Of a DNA stretch of 64,000 nucleotides, positions 55,843-64,000 are shown piece after piece (the first letter of the stretch is position 1; the number at the start of each line of letters is the position of its first letter). Origin of the DNA: Escherichia coli (GTDB lineage: Bacteria > Pseudomonadota > Gammaproteobacteria > Enterobacterales > Enterobacteriaceae); assembly GCF_048403405.1 (NCBI RefSeq), contig NZ_CP183129.1. The stretch is one strand, 5' to 3'. Under the pieces are notes generated by a model. It searched no databases, was not told the DNA's origin, and saw nothing but the letters and a program-made list of their open reading frames with translations. The translations under genes and the position numbers were made by a program.

Positions 55843-58400
55843 CGCCCGCTCCCCGATAACAGACCGCCATCACGCAACTGCAGCCGGAGCTCATCCTGCG
55901 CACCTTTACGGGCCATCTCATACACCGCTTTCATCAGCTGCGGCCCGGCCTGTCCGTTGATACCGTCGTTCTGAATCACCACGTGATTGTTCTGATTAAA
56001 ATTAATGCCTTCGGCCCGCCGCATCTGCGCCGGACTTCCGGCAGCACCCACATACCCCCCTTCCGCATAGCCCCGCATCAGGCGGTACAGGTTCCCGACA
56101 CCAATCCGGCTGGTTGCCTCCTTCGTGAAGACAAACTCCCCGCGGTGGACAATCCCCGCTGGCTCATATTTGCCGCCGGTTCCCGTAAATCCTCCGGTCG
56201 CAAAATGGAATTTCGCCGCAGCTGCCTGAATGGCTGTACCGCCTGACGCGGATGCGCCACCACCAACAGCCCCGCCAATAGCGCTGCCGATACTCCCGAC
56301 AATCCCCACCATTGCCTGCTTAAGCAGAATTTCTGTCATCATGGACAGCACGGAGCGGGTGAAGCTGCGCCAGTTCTGCTCACTGCCGGTCAGCATCGCC
56401 GCCATATTCTGTGCAATACCATCAAAGGTCTGCGTGGCAGCACTTTTTACCTGCGACATACTGTCCGTGGCACTCTCTTCCCACTCACTCCAGCCGGACC
56501 TGAGGCCTGCCATCCAGTTCCCGCGAAGCAGGTCTTCAGCCGCCCAGGTCTTTTTCTGCTCTGACATGACGTTATTCAGCGCCAGCGGATTATCGCCATA
56601 CTGTTCCTTCAGGCGCTGTTCCGTGGCTTCCCGTTCTGCCTGCCGGTCAGTCAGCCCCCGGCTTTTCGCATCAATGGCGGCCCGTTTTGCCCGTTGCTGC
56701 TGTGCGAATTTATCCGCCTGCTGCGCCAGCGCGTTCAGGCGCTCCTGATACGTAACCTTGTCGCCAAGTGCAGCCAGCTGGCGTTTGTACTCCAGCGTCT
56801 CATCTTTATGCGCCAGCAGGGATTTCTCCTGTGCAGACAGCTGGCGACGTTGCGCCGCCTCCTCCAGTACCGCGAACTGACTCTCCGCCTTCCACAAATC
56901 CCGGCGCTGCTGGCTGATTTTCTCATTCGCTCCGGCATGCTTCTCCAGCGTCCGGAGTTCTGCCTGAAGCGTCAGCAGGGCAGCATGAGCACTGTCTTCC
57001 TGACGATCGCCCGCAGACACCTTCACGCCGGACTGTTTCGGCTTTTTCAGCGTCGCTTCATAATCCTTTTTCGCCGCCGCCATCAGCGTGTTGTAATCCG
57101 CCTGCAGGATTTTCCCGTCTTTCAGTGCCTTGTTCAGTTCTTCCTGACGGGCGGTATATTTCTCCAGCGGCGTCTGCAGCCGTTCGTAAGCCTTCTGCGC
57201 CTCTTCGGTATATTTCAGCCGTGACGCTTCGGTATCGCTCTGCTGCTGCGCATTTTTGTCCTGTTGAGTCTGCTGCTCAGCCTTCTTTCGGGCGGCTTCA
57301 AGCGCAAGACGGGCCTTTTCACGATCATCCCAGTAACGCGCCCGCGCTTCATCGTTAACAAAATAATCATCCTTGCGCAGATTCCAGATGTCGTCTGCTT
57401 TCTTAAACGCAGCCTCTGCCTTAATCAGCATCTCCTGCGCGGTATCAGGACGACCAATATCCAGCACCGCATCCCACATGGATTTGAATGCCCGCGCTGT
57501 CCTGTCTGCCCAGGTCTCCAGCGTGCCCATGTTCTCTTTCAGGCGGCGGGTCTGGTCATCAAACCCTTTCGTTGCGGCCTCGTTCGCCGCCTGCAATGCC
57601 CCGGTTTCATCGCCGGAACGCTGCAACTGAGCAACATACGCAATCTGCTCCGCCGTCACGTTATGGAACTGCTTCGCCATCGCAATCAGCCCCGACGTCG
57701 GGTCAGTGGTCAGTTTTCCGAAAGCCTCTGCAACCTTGTCCACCTCCACACCGGATGCAGAAGCAAAACGCGCGACACTCTGGTTGATGGCATCAAACTG
57801 TTCACCACCACGCACACCGGCATTCACCATGGCTGCCAGTGACTCACTCGCCTGGTTAAACGTCAGCCCTGCGGCCTGTCCGGCTCTGGAGAGCGTCAGC
57901 ATGCGATCGGCAGTCAGTCCGGACTGATTACCGGAAAGAACCAGGGTTTTATTAAACGCTGAAAGCGTGGAATCTCCCTGGTACCAGGCGTACACCAGCG
58001 CACCTGTCGCCACCGCCAGCGAGGTGACCCCGACCATCGGCAGGGTGATCGCACCGGCAAGCCCCCTGAACATGGGGATCATCCCGCCGAAGGAGTCCTT
58101 CACCTGACCGCCCTGTTGCAGCAGGATCAGCCAGGGATTCTGACCACCGGCAAGCTGCGTGGCGATATCCGTAAACTGTGCGGGCAGGGTTCGCATGGCC
58201 GCTTTATACTGCCCGACGGAAATCCCTGCTTTTTGTGCAGCCAGCGCCTGGTGGCTCAGCCCCTGCTCAACGACAGTTGCGGTTTTTCTGGCGTCAGTAT
58301 CCAGACCTGAAAAATGACGCCTTACCCGGCTCATCTGCTCATCGAAACGGACCGCATCCAGACTCAGGTCAATAACAAGATCACCAACCGGCTGGGACAT
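55839..58400 (-). CDS. H: Tail tape-measure protein H
   Basis: 853-aa ORF, near-identical over long stretches to lambda H as I recall it (MSQPVGDLVIDLSLDAVRFDEQMSRVRRHFSG...). Confidence 0.9.
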   Translation of the reverse strand: MSQPVGDLVIDLSLDAVRFDEQMSRVRRHFSGLDTDARKTATVVEQGLSHQALAAQKAGISVGQYKAAMRTLPAQFTDIATQLAGGQNPWLILLQQGGQVKDSFGGMIPMFRGLAGAITLPMVGVTSLAVATGALVYAWYQGDSTLSAFNKTLVLSGNQSGLTADRMLTLSRAGQAAGLTFNQASESLAAMVNAGVRGGEQFDAINQSVARFASASGVEVDKVAEAFGKLTTDPTSGLIAMAKQFHNVTAEQIAYVAQLQRSGDETGALQAANEAATKGFDDQTRRLKENMGTLETWADRTARAFKSMWDAVLDIGRPDTAQEMLIKAEAAFKKADDIWNLRKDDYFVNDEARARYWDDREKARLALEAARKKAEQQTQQDKNAQQQSDTEASRLKYTEEAQKAYERLQTPLEKYTARQEELNKALKDGKILQADYNTLMAAAKKDYEATLKKPKQSGVKVSAGDRQEDSAHAALLTLQAELRTLEKHAGANEKISQQRRDLWKAESQFAVLEEAAQRRQLSAQEKSLLAHKDETLEYKRQLAALGDKVTYQERLNALAQQADKFAQQQRAKRAAIDAKSRGLTDRQAEREATEQRLKEQYGDNPLALNNVMSEQKKTWAAEDLLRGNWMAGLRSGWSEWEESATDSMSQVKSAATQTFDGIAQNMAAMLTGSEQNWRSFTRSVLSMMTEILLKQAMVGIVGSIGSAIGGAVGGGASASGGTAIQAAAAKFHFATGGFTGTGGKYEPAGIVHRGEFVFTKEATSRIGVGNLYRLMRGYAEGGYVGAAGSPAQMRRAEGINFNQNNHVVIQNDGINGQAGPQLMKAVYEMARKGAQDELRLQLRDGGLLSGSGR

Positions 58401-58845
58401 ATCTCACACCTCCCGGAATCCCCGCTGAAGCCATCATTAATGCGGCATCATCCACCATGACATCCGCCACATCCGCAGACGATAAAATATCGCGCCCTCC
58501 GTCCCCACCGAACCGGACGCCTCCGGCAAGTCCTGCCGCTTTCTGCATCAGCATTTTGTCCTCATCCGGCCTCTCCACCTGCTCTTCCTCATGCCGGGGG
58601 ACAAGCAGACTGAAATCAGAGGGATGCATATCCGGATCGCAAAAAAACAGGCTGAGTACAGCGTACGTCAGCCCGGAAAAATGCATATCCAGCTGGGTAT
58701 CCTGAAAATAATGCGTGCGGTAAAAACGGTGCCAGTCGGCATATTCGGTGGATGTCATCCCGGCAAGCATGGCGCGCCAGTCGGGTCTCCCCATCTCACG
58801 CGCCAGTCTGAGGGCAAAGTTCAGCTCGCCGTCGAAGACTTTCCC
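58381..58845 (-). CDS. T: Tail assembly protein T, expressed as G-T fusion via programmed -1 frameshift
   Basis: ORF in -1 frame relative to G beginning at the slippery site; T-like sequence (…AMLAGMTSTEYADWHRFYRTHYF…). Confidence 0.75.
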   Translation of the reverse strand, partial: GKVFDGELNFALRLAREMGRPDWRAMLAGMTSTEYADWHRFYRTHYFQDTQLDMHFSGLTYAVLSLFFCDPDMHPSDFSLLVPRHEEEQVERPDEDKMLMQKAAGLAGGVRFGGDGGRDILSSADVADVMVDDAALMMASAGIPGGVRYVPAGW

Positions 58846-59252
58846 GCAGAAAAATCATCATCAGTCAGCGTGTTATTTTTCGCCACTTCAGTAATATCAG
58901 TATCCGGACGAACAGCTTCGATCATCCCGGACAGGCACAACACCACGTCTTCCGCCCGGGCAATGGCATCGGCAGGCCAGGTGGTGAGCACTTCCTGCTC
59001 TATCTTCATCACGGCCTCATTCATTGACGGTGACCCCGTTTTCTGCGGATGGTTATGCCACAGGGACATCGCCACCAGAAACGCGCCGGTTCTGACGAGA
59101 TCTTCCACGCTTACCTGCAGGTTGCCGCTGGATTCTGCCTGTTCTGCACGCCGTTTCAGGAGGGCAAGATGCTCGATACGCTGCAGCGCAGACAATTCGG
59201 AAAGCGTGACAGACACACCGTTATATTCAAATTGTTCTGTTTTCAGAAACAT
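58821..59252 (-). CDS. G: Tail assembly chaperone G
   Basis: 143-aa ORF MFLKTEQFEYNGVSVTLSELSALQRIEHLALLKRRAEQAESS... Confidence 0.85.
   Translation of the reverse strand: MFLKTEQFEYNGVSVTLSELSALQRIEHLALLKRRAEQAESSGNLQVSVEDLVRTGAFLVAMSLWHNHPQKTGSPSMNEAVMKIEQEVLTTWPADAIARAEDVVLCLSGMIEAVRPDTDITEVAKNNTLTDDDFSAGKSSTAS
58839..58845 (-). other. G-T programmed -1 ribosomal frameshift slippery heptamer G GGA AAG
   Basis: Minus-strand sequence gcG GGA AAG tct near the 3' end of G, same heptamer as lambda. Confidence 0.8.
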
Positions 59253-59265
59253 GTATTACCTCCGT

Positions 59266-60018
59266 TTACCCTGCAGCGCCCGCTTCAGTAACGGTGACTT
59301 GAGCCACTGCGGCGAACTGACCATTTCCGCTCACCACAGGGATCTGCACCTTACCTGTCGCCACGCCGTTTACCGTAATTGTCATATCTTTCACACTAAT
59401 GGTGGCTTTCGACGGATCGGCGGAAACCGCTCTGAACGTCTTGTCGGTTGCACTTTCCGGCTCAAAAGAAACCGTCAGGGTGGTTGTTTTCCCTTTTGCC
59501 ACCGTACCGGATGTAGGCGTCACCTTAATCGCACTGACCGGCGTAATTTTGCTGCGTTCTTCCGCTACAGAAGGTTTACCCACGTTAGTGACTTTCACCG
59601 TGCGGGTGATCACTTCTTTCGCCGTCACGGCCTTACCGATACTGCTGACCCAGCCACGAAACACATCCACCGTGCCATTCGGAAAACGGATTTTATAGGC
59701 CCGGACATCGCCGCTTTCAAACCAGCCTATAAGCCCTTTCTGGCCTTCCTCTCCCGGTTTCCAGGCCAGCGTAAAACTGGTATCACCTGCAGATTTCTGC
59801 CCCTGCCCGGTCGCGGTCCAGTCCGCGTCTTCATCATCCAGGTAGTTATCATCGTAGGATTCTGCCGTCATCTCGCCCGGCGTCAGATCCTTCACCTTAG
59901 CCAGTCGCTGCCAGTCATCGTCTGACAACGGGTTTGCATAAGCATCACCCTTGCCGTTGTAAACCCACAGAGTGGTACCGGCACCTTTTACCGGCTCAAG
60001 GGGATTTGGTGTTGCCAT
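59266..60018 (-). CDS. V: Major tail protein V (with C-terminal Ig-like domain)
   Basis: 250-aa [60 protein letters not shown]... Confidence 0.9.
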   Translation of the reverse strand: MATPNPLEPVKGAGTTLWVYNGKGDAYANPLSDDDWQRLAKVKDLTPGEMTAESYDDNYLDDEDADWTATGQGQKSAGDTSFTLAWKPGEEGQKGLIGWFESGDVRAYKIRFPNGTVDVFRGWVSSIGKAVTAKEVITRTVKVTNVGKPSVAEERSKITPVSAIKVTPTSGTVAKGKTTTLTVSFEPESATDKTFRAVSADPSKATISVKDMTITVNGVATGKVQIPVVSGNGQFAAVAQVTVTEAGAAG

Positions 60019-60025
60019 ATCGTCC

Positions 60026-60421
60026 TCACATCTCGTATGTAATGGAATAAGTCAGATCTGCAGAACTCCATAACGCCATATCGTCATCACGACGATACTC
60101 ATAGCCCTGCGTAACCATCGTGGTAATCAGTCCTGCCAGTGCCGGGATCGCGGTCATCGCCGGGTAAATCCGGCTTTCCATCCACTGATCAAGCTCTGAA
60201 TCCGGTACCTGTGCCGGTAAAAACACCTCAATATGCAGCGTGGCCCGCCAGGTATCTGCATCCAGCTCTTCACCGGTATACTCTGCATCCGTCAGATAAA
60301 CCGCGATCGCCGGAAAATCCTCTTCGTCAAAAACAACGGGGCGACCATCAAACAGCGTCGCCCCGTGTTCATGCTGCTCGAGTGCATCCAGCACTGCGGC
60401 ACGAATGTCAGTGTGTTTCAT
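60026..60421 (-). CDS. U: Tail terminator protein U
   Basis: 131-aa [46 protein letters not shown]... Confidence 0.85.
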   Translation of the reverse strand: MKHTDIRAAVLDALEQHEHGATLFDGRPVVFDEEDFPAIAVYLTDAEYTGEELDADTWRATLHIEVFLPAQVPDSELDQWMESRIYPAMTAIPALAGLITTMVTQGYEYRRDDDMALWSSADLTYSITYEM

Positions 60422-60993
60422 CGTTTTATCGCAATCCTCAGTTGTTGTTTCAGCGCGGATGCCAGTTCTCCGGGCAGGCGTTCACGCCGGATACGGTCAA
60501 CATTCTCATCAAATGCCTGTTTCAGTGGGGCCGCCATCGGGATTTTCACCACCTGAATGGGAAGGCGATTACGCTTTTTCCTGCCCTTGTCGTCATTGCC
60601 CTCCTCATATCTGGCCTGGGGAAGACGTTGCATAACATGCCAGCGCCCATTATTTAATCGCTGGATAAATGCCCGCTGATAACGATGCTGACCGGCTTTG
60701 AGTATGCTGTCCGGACGACGCCCCAGCATTCTGATCCCCAGCTTAATCACAGGGAGATCACCGCGGTTAACGATAATTCTGGCATTCGGATTTCTGACCG
60801 TCGCCCGTTTCAGTCTGGACCGTTCCTTAACCAGTTTCCGTCTCACCCTGGTTTCCCGGGCAACCTGTGACGAAGACTGATTAATCGCCGTTGTGGCCAC
60901 GCGGTTAATCGTCATTGCTGAAGCCGCCGGAATGGCGTTTTTACGAACCCGGCTCAGATTGTCAATCGCCTGATCAAGCCCTTTTATCGCCAT
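60418..60993 (-). CDS. Z: Tail completion protein Z
   Basis: 191-aa ORF MAIKGLDQAIDNLSRVRKNAIPAASAMTINRVATTAINQSS... Confidence 0.85.
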   Translation of the reverse strand: MAIKGLDQAIDNLSRVRKNAIPAASAMTINRVATTAINQSSSQVARETRVRRKLVKERSRLKRATVRNPNARIIVNRGDLPVIKLGIRMLGRRPDSILKAGQHRYQRAFIQRLNNGRWHVMQRLPQARYEEGNDDKGRKKRNRLPIQVVKIPMAAPLKQAFDENVDRIRRERLPGELASALKQQLRIAIKR

Positions 60994-61008
60994 AATTTCC
61001 CCCTGCGT

Positions 61009-61362
61009 TTATCGTCGCCGGTTAACAGCGGGTGGTTGCCCACGGTTGAGCCAGAGATAACAGCTTCCCCCGTCATCCGGAGAAACACGATCCACCCAGA
61101 ACATCTCGCCGTTAATGGTCAGCGTGTCACCACGCCGCACGGCACGCACCGTATCCGTCCGCACAAATAATGACGGGCTGCTTCCTTCAATACGGACCCC
61201 GCCACCGGCAAAACCCAGCGACTCCGGATCGTCAAAAACCCCCTGAACTTCGCCGCCACGTTGTGCTCCGGAGGTGAACTGCGCACGGATCCCCATCACT
61301 TCAACAATCGTACTGTCCACCCCGGCAAGGGCGGCATCAAAGGCATTCTGAAAATCACGCAT
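61009..61362 (-). CDS. FII: Head–tail connector protein FII
   Basis: From MRDFQNAFDAALAGVDSTIVEVMG... ending ...WLNRGQPPAVNRRR (117 aa), lambda FII-like. Confidence 0.8.
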   Translation of the reverse strand: MRDFQNAFDAALAGVDSTIVEVMGIRAQFTSGAQRGGEVQGVFDDPESLGFAGGGVRIEGSSPSLFVRTDTVRAVRRGDTLTINGEMFWVDRVSPDDGGSCYLWLNRGQPPAVNRRR

Positions 61363-61777
61363 AAACAGCCATTCCACCATCAACGTGTGTTTTTGCATCT
61401 GAGGACATAATCAGAATCACCCGACCAACATCCGCAAGCTCAACGGATTCCCCCGTTTCACCATCAACGCCACAGAGATGGAGGCAGGTCAGAACTCTGA
61501 TGCGCGTTAACGCGCCGGATGTTTCCTCACGAACATCATGAGCCGCGGTTTCCCGCTCCCGGATATCCATATTCATAACCTGTACATCATCGCCGGATGA
61601 CTGCATTTCCTCTTCCCATTCTGCCACCCGCTGCGCTATCTCTGCGGCACTCCCGGATATATCCGGCTCACGCCCCAGAATCAGGGCCAGTTCATCAAGC
61701 CGTTTCAGATTTTGCTCTTTCGTTGCCATATCAGCCCCCTGTGAAAAAAGACACGGGGGCATTTCGCCCCCGCTCAC
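61355..61777 (-). CDS. FI: DNA-packaging protein FI
   Basis: 140-aa ORF in lambda FI position between E and FII. Confidence 0.7.
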   Translation of the reverse strand: MSGGEMPPCLFSQGADMATKEQNLKRLDELALILGREPDISGSAAEIAQRVAEWEEEMQSSGDDVQVMNMDIRERETAAHDVREETSGALTRIRVLTCLHLCGVDGETGESVELADVGRVILIMSSDAKTHVDGGMAVYA

Positions 61778-61780
61778 GGA

Positions 61781-62809
61781 TTATTTCACCTGTACCACCA
61801 CAAACTCATCCGGGTCCGGCAACACCATCAGCGGCGCGGACTGCGTCATGGTAAATTCACGGGCGGGATCCCCTACCGTCAGCCAGTGTTTCGGATAACG
61901 GGAAGAGGCCACCACACCTTCGGACAACGCCTGAGCATCCTGAATGGCACCGTAACAACGGATCCCATCTGCAGCAGTATTCCCCAGAACCAGCATGCCA
62001 TCTGGAAGATAACGTTTTTCGATACCGTCTTCTGCTATATAAGACGTTTTCGCCACCACAATGGCCAGATCGCCGTAATACCCCTTGAAGGACACCACTG
62101 CGCCCAGATCTTTCACTGCCGTTTCGAGTTGAGAATTTGAACCGCGACGGGTATCCAGTTTTTCGCGGAACAGCTTAAAACCATTCAGAAGACGCCAGCC
62201 GGTACCGTCCATAATGGCAATATTCACAAGACCGCTGGCCTGGTCGCAGTAGAGGTCAATATCATGTGTAGGATCGAACGTGTCACGATCCTGTTTTGAC
62301 CACTCCTTACCACTACCCTGAGTGATGTTATTCTTCGTCGACCTGCCAAAATCGACCTCAATTTTCTCGAACTGGTCTCCTTCCATGGTGTATTTGCCAT
62401 ACAACACAGCATTTACCGCCTGCATTTCTTCCACCTGGACAATGGCGTGCTCTTCCTGTTTGAGGTTATCGGTAATGATACGCAGACGGCGGTAAGCCGG
62501 ATCATTCAGTTGAGATGGATCTTCACCAGGAAGGCGCTCAACCGCCTGCTGGTAATTAAATTCGTGTTTCGGCTTGACGTAGCCCGGACGCAACACGCGG
62601 GTTTCACCACCACGATGGCGCAGCACTTTTCCTTCAACGATCGGGGAGACATAGGCCGCCACCGGCGTTTTTCCGGTAATTTTGTCCAGCATCACCTCTT
62701 CGGTGTGGAAATTCACCGTACGGCGGAAAAACAGCTCCAGAAATAGCGCACGGAATTTAACTTTTTGTTCGGTATAACCGAGTAACTGGCGGGTCGTAAA
62801 CAATCCCAT
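61781..62809 (-). CDS. E: Major capsid protein E
   Basis: 342-aa ORF; ...YVSPIVEGKVLRHRGGETR...PGYVKPKHE...EEMQAVNAVLYGKYTM..., lambda E-like. Confidence 0.9.
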   Translation of the reverse strand: MGLFTTRQLLGYTEQKVKFRALFLELFFRRTVNFHTEEVMLDKITGKTPVAAYVSPIVEGKVLRHRGGETRVLRPGYVKPKHEFNYQQAVERLPGEDPSQLNDPAYRRLRIITDNLKQEEHAIVQVEEMQAVNAVLYGKYTMEGDQFEKIEVDFGRSTKNNITQGSGKEWSKQDRDTFDPTHDIDLYCDQASGLVNIAIMDGTGWRLLNGFKLFREKLDTRRGSNSQLETAVKDLGAVVSFKGYYGDLAIVVAKTSYIAEDGIEKRYLPDGMLVLGNTAADGIRCYGAIQDAQALSEGVVASSRYPKHWLTVGDPAREFTMTQSAPLMVLPDPDEFVVVQVK

Positions 62810-62866
62810 AAATCAGTTCCTTTCATTCAGAAATCAGTCAGGCCACCATGGTGGCCTGATAACGTG

Positions 62867-63214
62867 TTACGGCAGAGCCGCGTGACTCAGGGCTGTGCCG
62901 GCAAAGGCATTTGCCTTTTTGTGTTCATCCACACTTTCAGGCCAGTGGATTGCCTCCGTCGCAAAGGTTCCCGACTTGTAATACGTCAGCGCTGTCTCTG
63001 TGCCTTCAAGCGGCAGTACCAGTATGCCAACCGCACTACCGGCTTTCTGTCCATCCCAGACCACCAGTTTCCCGGTGGCTTCATCCAGCATCAGGGGCGT
63101 CAGAGCCGGTGTTGCGGAAGAAATCCCGCTGCTGCCTGTGGCGGTATGAGCCGGATCATTACCGGCAAAAATACGTACTTCCGCACGCTGTTCAGTGATG
63201 GTTTTCGTCACCAT
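62867..63214 (-). CDS. D: Head decoration protein D
   Basis: 115-aa ORF ...NDPAHTATGSSGISSATPALTPLMLDEATGKLVVWDGQKAGSAVGILVL... Confidence 0.85.
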   Translation of the reverse strand: MVTKTITEQRAEVRIFAGNDPAHTATGSSGISSATPALTPLMLDEATGKLVVWDGQKAGSAVGILVLPLEGTETALTYYKSGTFATEAIHWPESVDEHKKANAFAGTALSHAALP

Positions 63215-63250
63215 TTTGTTAAAACCTCATATTGATGGTCAGCACTGACT

Positions 63251-64000
63251 TCATGGCATGGCCATGAGCATTTTCACGTCCGCATCACCGTCTGCTGACG
63301 TCTGTGACACGCCACCCCGCACCGCTGCCGGTGAATGATTCGCCATGAAATGTTCAAACAGGGCGGTTGTGGATGCAGAGACCGGTTCGGCCTTACCTGA
63401 TCCCGCAGCCAGCACAGCCCGGGCGTTCTCCACGGTCATTCCCGGGCAGGCCGCCAGTTTTTCAGCCTGCGCTTCTGCCCCTTTTGCCTCATCCAGGGCC
63501 ATGATCTGATCACGAAGTGAGGGCCCGGCATCCGCCAGTGGTGCAGCCGCCAGGATCGGGCGGGCTTTTTCCACCGTCATCTCCGGCATCGCCGCCAGCG
63601 TTGCCGCCAGTTGTTCACGACCGTTCGCTTCTTCACACGCCATAATGCGATCGGCTTCACTCTGCGCGGATGCCACCGGCTGCTGCGGTGCCGCCGCGGC
63701 CAGAATCGCCCGGGCCTGTTCAACGCTCATGCCCTGTTGCCCTGCCAGCATCGTGGCAAGCTGTTCACGTCCTTTCGCTTCCTGGCATGTCAGGATCCCC
63801 ATCACTCGCTGGTTCTCCTGCACGGCGGCTTCCGTTGCAGTTAATTGCGGCATAGTGCCTCCTCTGACATTACTGTTCAGCGCCGTGGCCATCACACTGA
63901 TGGCATCCGACGCATTGATTAATTCATCCGCCAGCCCGGCCTCAATGCCGGACTGACCTTCAAAAACGGCGGCCTCTGTTCCCGTGACCGCATCCACAGA
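63251..64000 (-). CDS. C: Prohead protease C C-terminal region / nested scaffold Nu3 (5' end outside window)
   Basis: Ala-rich repetitive ORF in the lambda C/Nu3 position immediately upstream of D; truncated by window edge. Confidence 0.65.
   Translation of the reverse strand, partial: SVDAVTGTEAAVFEGQSGIEAGLADELINASDAISVMATALNSNVRGGTMPQLTATEAAVQENQRVMGILTCQEAKGREQLATMLAGQQGMSVEQARAILAAAAPQQPVASAQSEADRIMACEEANGREQLAATLAAMPEMTVEKARPILAAAPLADAGPSLRDQIMALDEAKGAEAQAEKLAACPGMTVENARAVLAAGSGKAEPVSASTTALFEHFMANHSPAAVRGGVSQTSADGDADVKMLMAMP

Larger units (their letters stand above)
43741..64000. mobile_element. Lambda-like prophage (tail/head structural half and accessory end), inserted at the potB/potC junction; extends beyond window
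   Basis: Uninterrupted lambda-order gene set tfa-stf-lom-J-I-K-L-M-H-T-G-V-U-Z-FII-FI-E-D-C on minus strand; potC missing after potB. Confidence 0.9.

Overview
Escherichia coli chromosomal segment (reverse orientation relative to the MG1655 convention, by inference) running dadA'–ycgB–fadR–nhaB–dsbB–umuDC–hlyE–ycgNML–pliG–ycgJ–minCDE–two intact autotransporters flanking ymgG/ymgD–ymgF–pdeG–ymgC/ariR/ymgA/ycgZ–bluF–bluR–ycgX–iraM–icd–rluE–nudJ–mnmA–hflD–purB–phoPQ–roxA–pepT–potAB, then entering a lambda-like prophage at the potB/potC junction (43.7 kb to the window end, continuing beyond it). The prophage shows the tail and head structural block in lambda order (tfa, stf, lom, J, I, K, L, M, H, T/G, V, U, Z, FII, FI, E, D, C/Nu3) on the minus strand. 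All gene identities are from my own reading of the ORF translations; no searches were run. No e14 prophage is present at icd, and no rRNA, tRNA or CRISPR array was recognised. The strongest candidates for novelty are: (1) a ~1.5 kb islet inserted into the 5' end of rluE, carrying a translationally coupled two-gene module of unknown function plus two micro-ORFs; (2) an AT-rich SAM-dependent methyltransferase moron sitting between duplicated tfa 3' ends where lambda has its b region; (3) a ~280 bp insertion in the prophage I–J gap with a near-consensus promoter and an intrinsic terminator about 70–100 nt apart, i.e. a candidate prophage small RNA.
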